DNA of 49,492 bases. It comes from a virus. The stretch is from the IMG/VR virus record IMGVR_UViG_3300022748_000007; one strand, 5' to 3'. The position numbers were made by a program, and so were the translations under genes. The notes below the pieces were generated by a model that worked only from the letters and a program-made list of their open reading frames with translations, searched no databases and was not told the DNA's origin. Positions 49,350 through 49,492 of the stretch are shown one piece after another (the stretch's first letter is position 1; the number at the start of each line of letters is the position of its first letter).

Positions 49350-49423
49350 TTCTCGATGGTGTAGTGGTAACACAACGGTTTCCAAGTCCGTTGTCTGGGG
49401 TTCGATTCCCTATCGGGATGCCA
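49350..49423 (+). tRNA. tRNA-Trp (anticodon CCA)
   Basis: Manual cloverleaf, 74 nt. Acceptor TTCTCGA/TCGGGAT (6 bp plus a terminal T:T). T8. D arm GTGT-AGTGGTA-ACAC. Anticodon arm ACGGT-TTCCAAG-TCCGT (CCA flanked by T33 and A37). 4-nt variable loop. T arm TGGGG-TTCGATT-CCCTA. Discriminator G, encoded CCA. Its 3' 58 nt recur at 1-58. Confidence 0.75.
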
Positions 49424-49492
49424 ATGGATGAGCTGAGCACTGGCGAGCTCAAGTGGCTGTAACCCACCCGTTCATTCTGTGTTGGTTCAACT
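49366..49492. repeat. Second copy of the 127-bp overlap (equals 1..127)
   Basis: Verbatim identity with 1-127. Confidence 0.9.

Overview
The window is one complete, circularly closed genome of a tailed dsDNA phage. Its unique length is 49,365 bp, because the last 127 bp repeat the first 127 bp exactly.

Layout: there are two convergent arms.
- The rightward (+) late arm (164-23738) carries a terS-like gene, an interposed HNH, terL, portal, a GroES-like co-chaperonin, scaffold, major capsid, fibre-like proteins, an embedded lysis cassette, adaptor/tail proteins, three internal/ejection proteins (one of 1404 aa) and an HExxH protein.
- The leftward (-) early/replication arm (47989 down to 23785) carries orphan early genes, an amidoligase/amidotransferase cassette, primase, a DenV-like glycosylase, a DnaB/gp4-type helicase, a split family-A DNA polymerase, HNH endonucleases, an SSB-like protein, a FEN exonuclease, two metallophosphoesterases, a MazG-like protein, ThyX and a ribonucleotide reductase.
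- The arms meet at a bidirectional terminator (23741-23773).
- They diverge from a 1.36-kb ORF-free control region (47990-49349) that holds back-to-back consensus sigma70 promoters.
- tRNA-Trp(CCA) and tRNA-Tyr(GTA) lie just downstream of the rightward promoter.

I recognised no phage RNA polymerase, integrase or repressor. This suggests a virulent, host-RNAP-dependent, podovirus-like phage resembling the RNAP-less T7-supergroup (VpV262/SIO1/CW02-type). That placement is inferred from gene content, not from a search.

The best candidate for an undescribed system is the amidoligase cassette at 37539-43948. It combines an ATP-grasp enzyme, an Ntn-type glutamine amidotransferase, two GS-like COOH-NH2 ligases, a C26 hydrolase and two orphan proteins. 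Secondary candidates are a promoter-leader-terminator switch in front of the late operon, twin terminators after the first early gene, a DNA polymerase split exactly at motif A, and a helicase gene with no canonical start codon.

All functional calls rest on motifs read by eye in the supplied translations. No database or profile search was possible. Start codons that I moved from the ORF track are stated explicitly.
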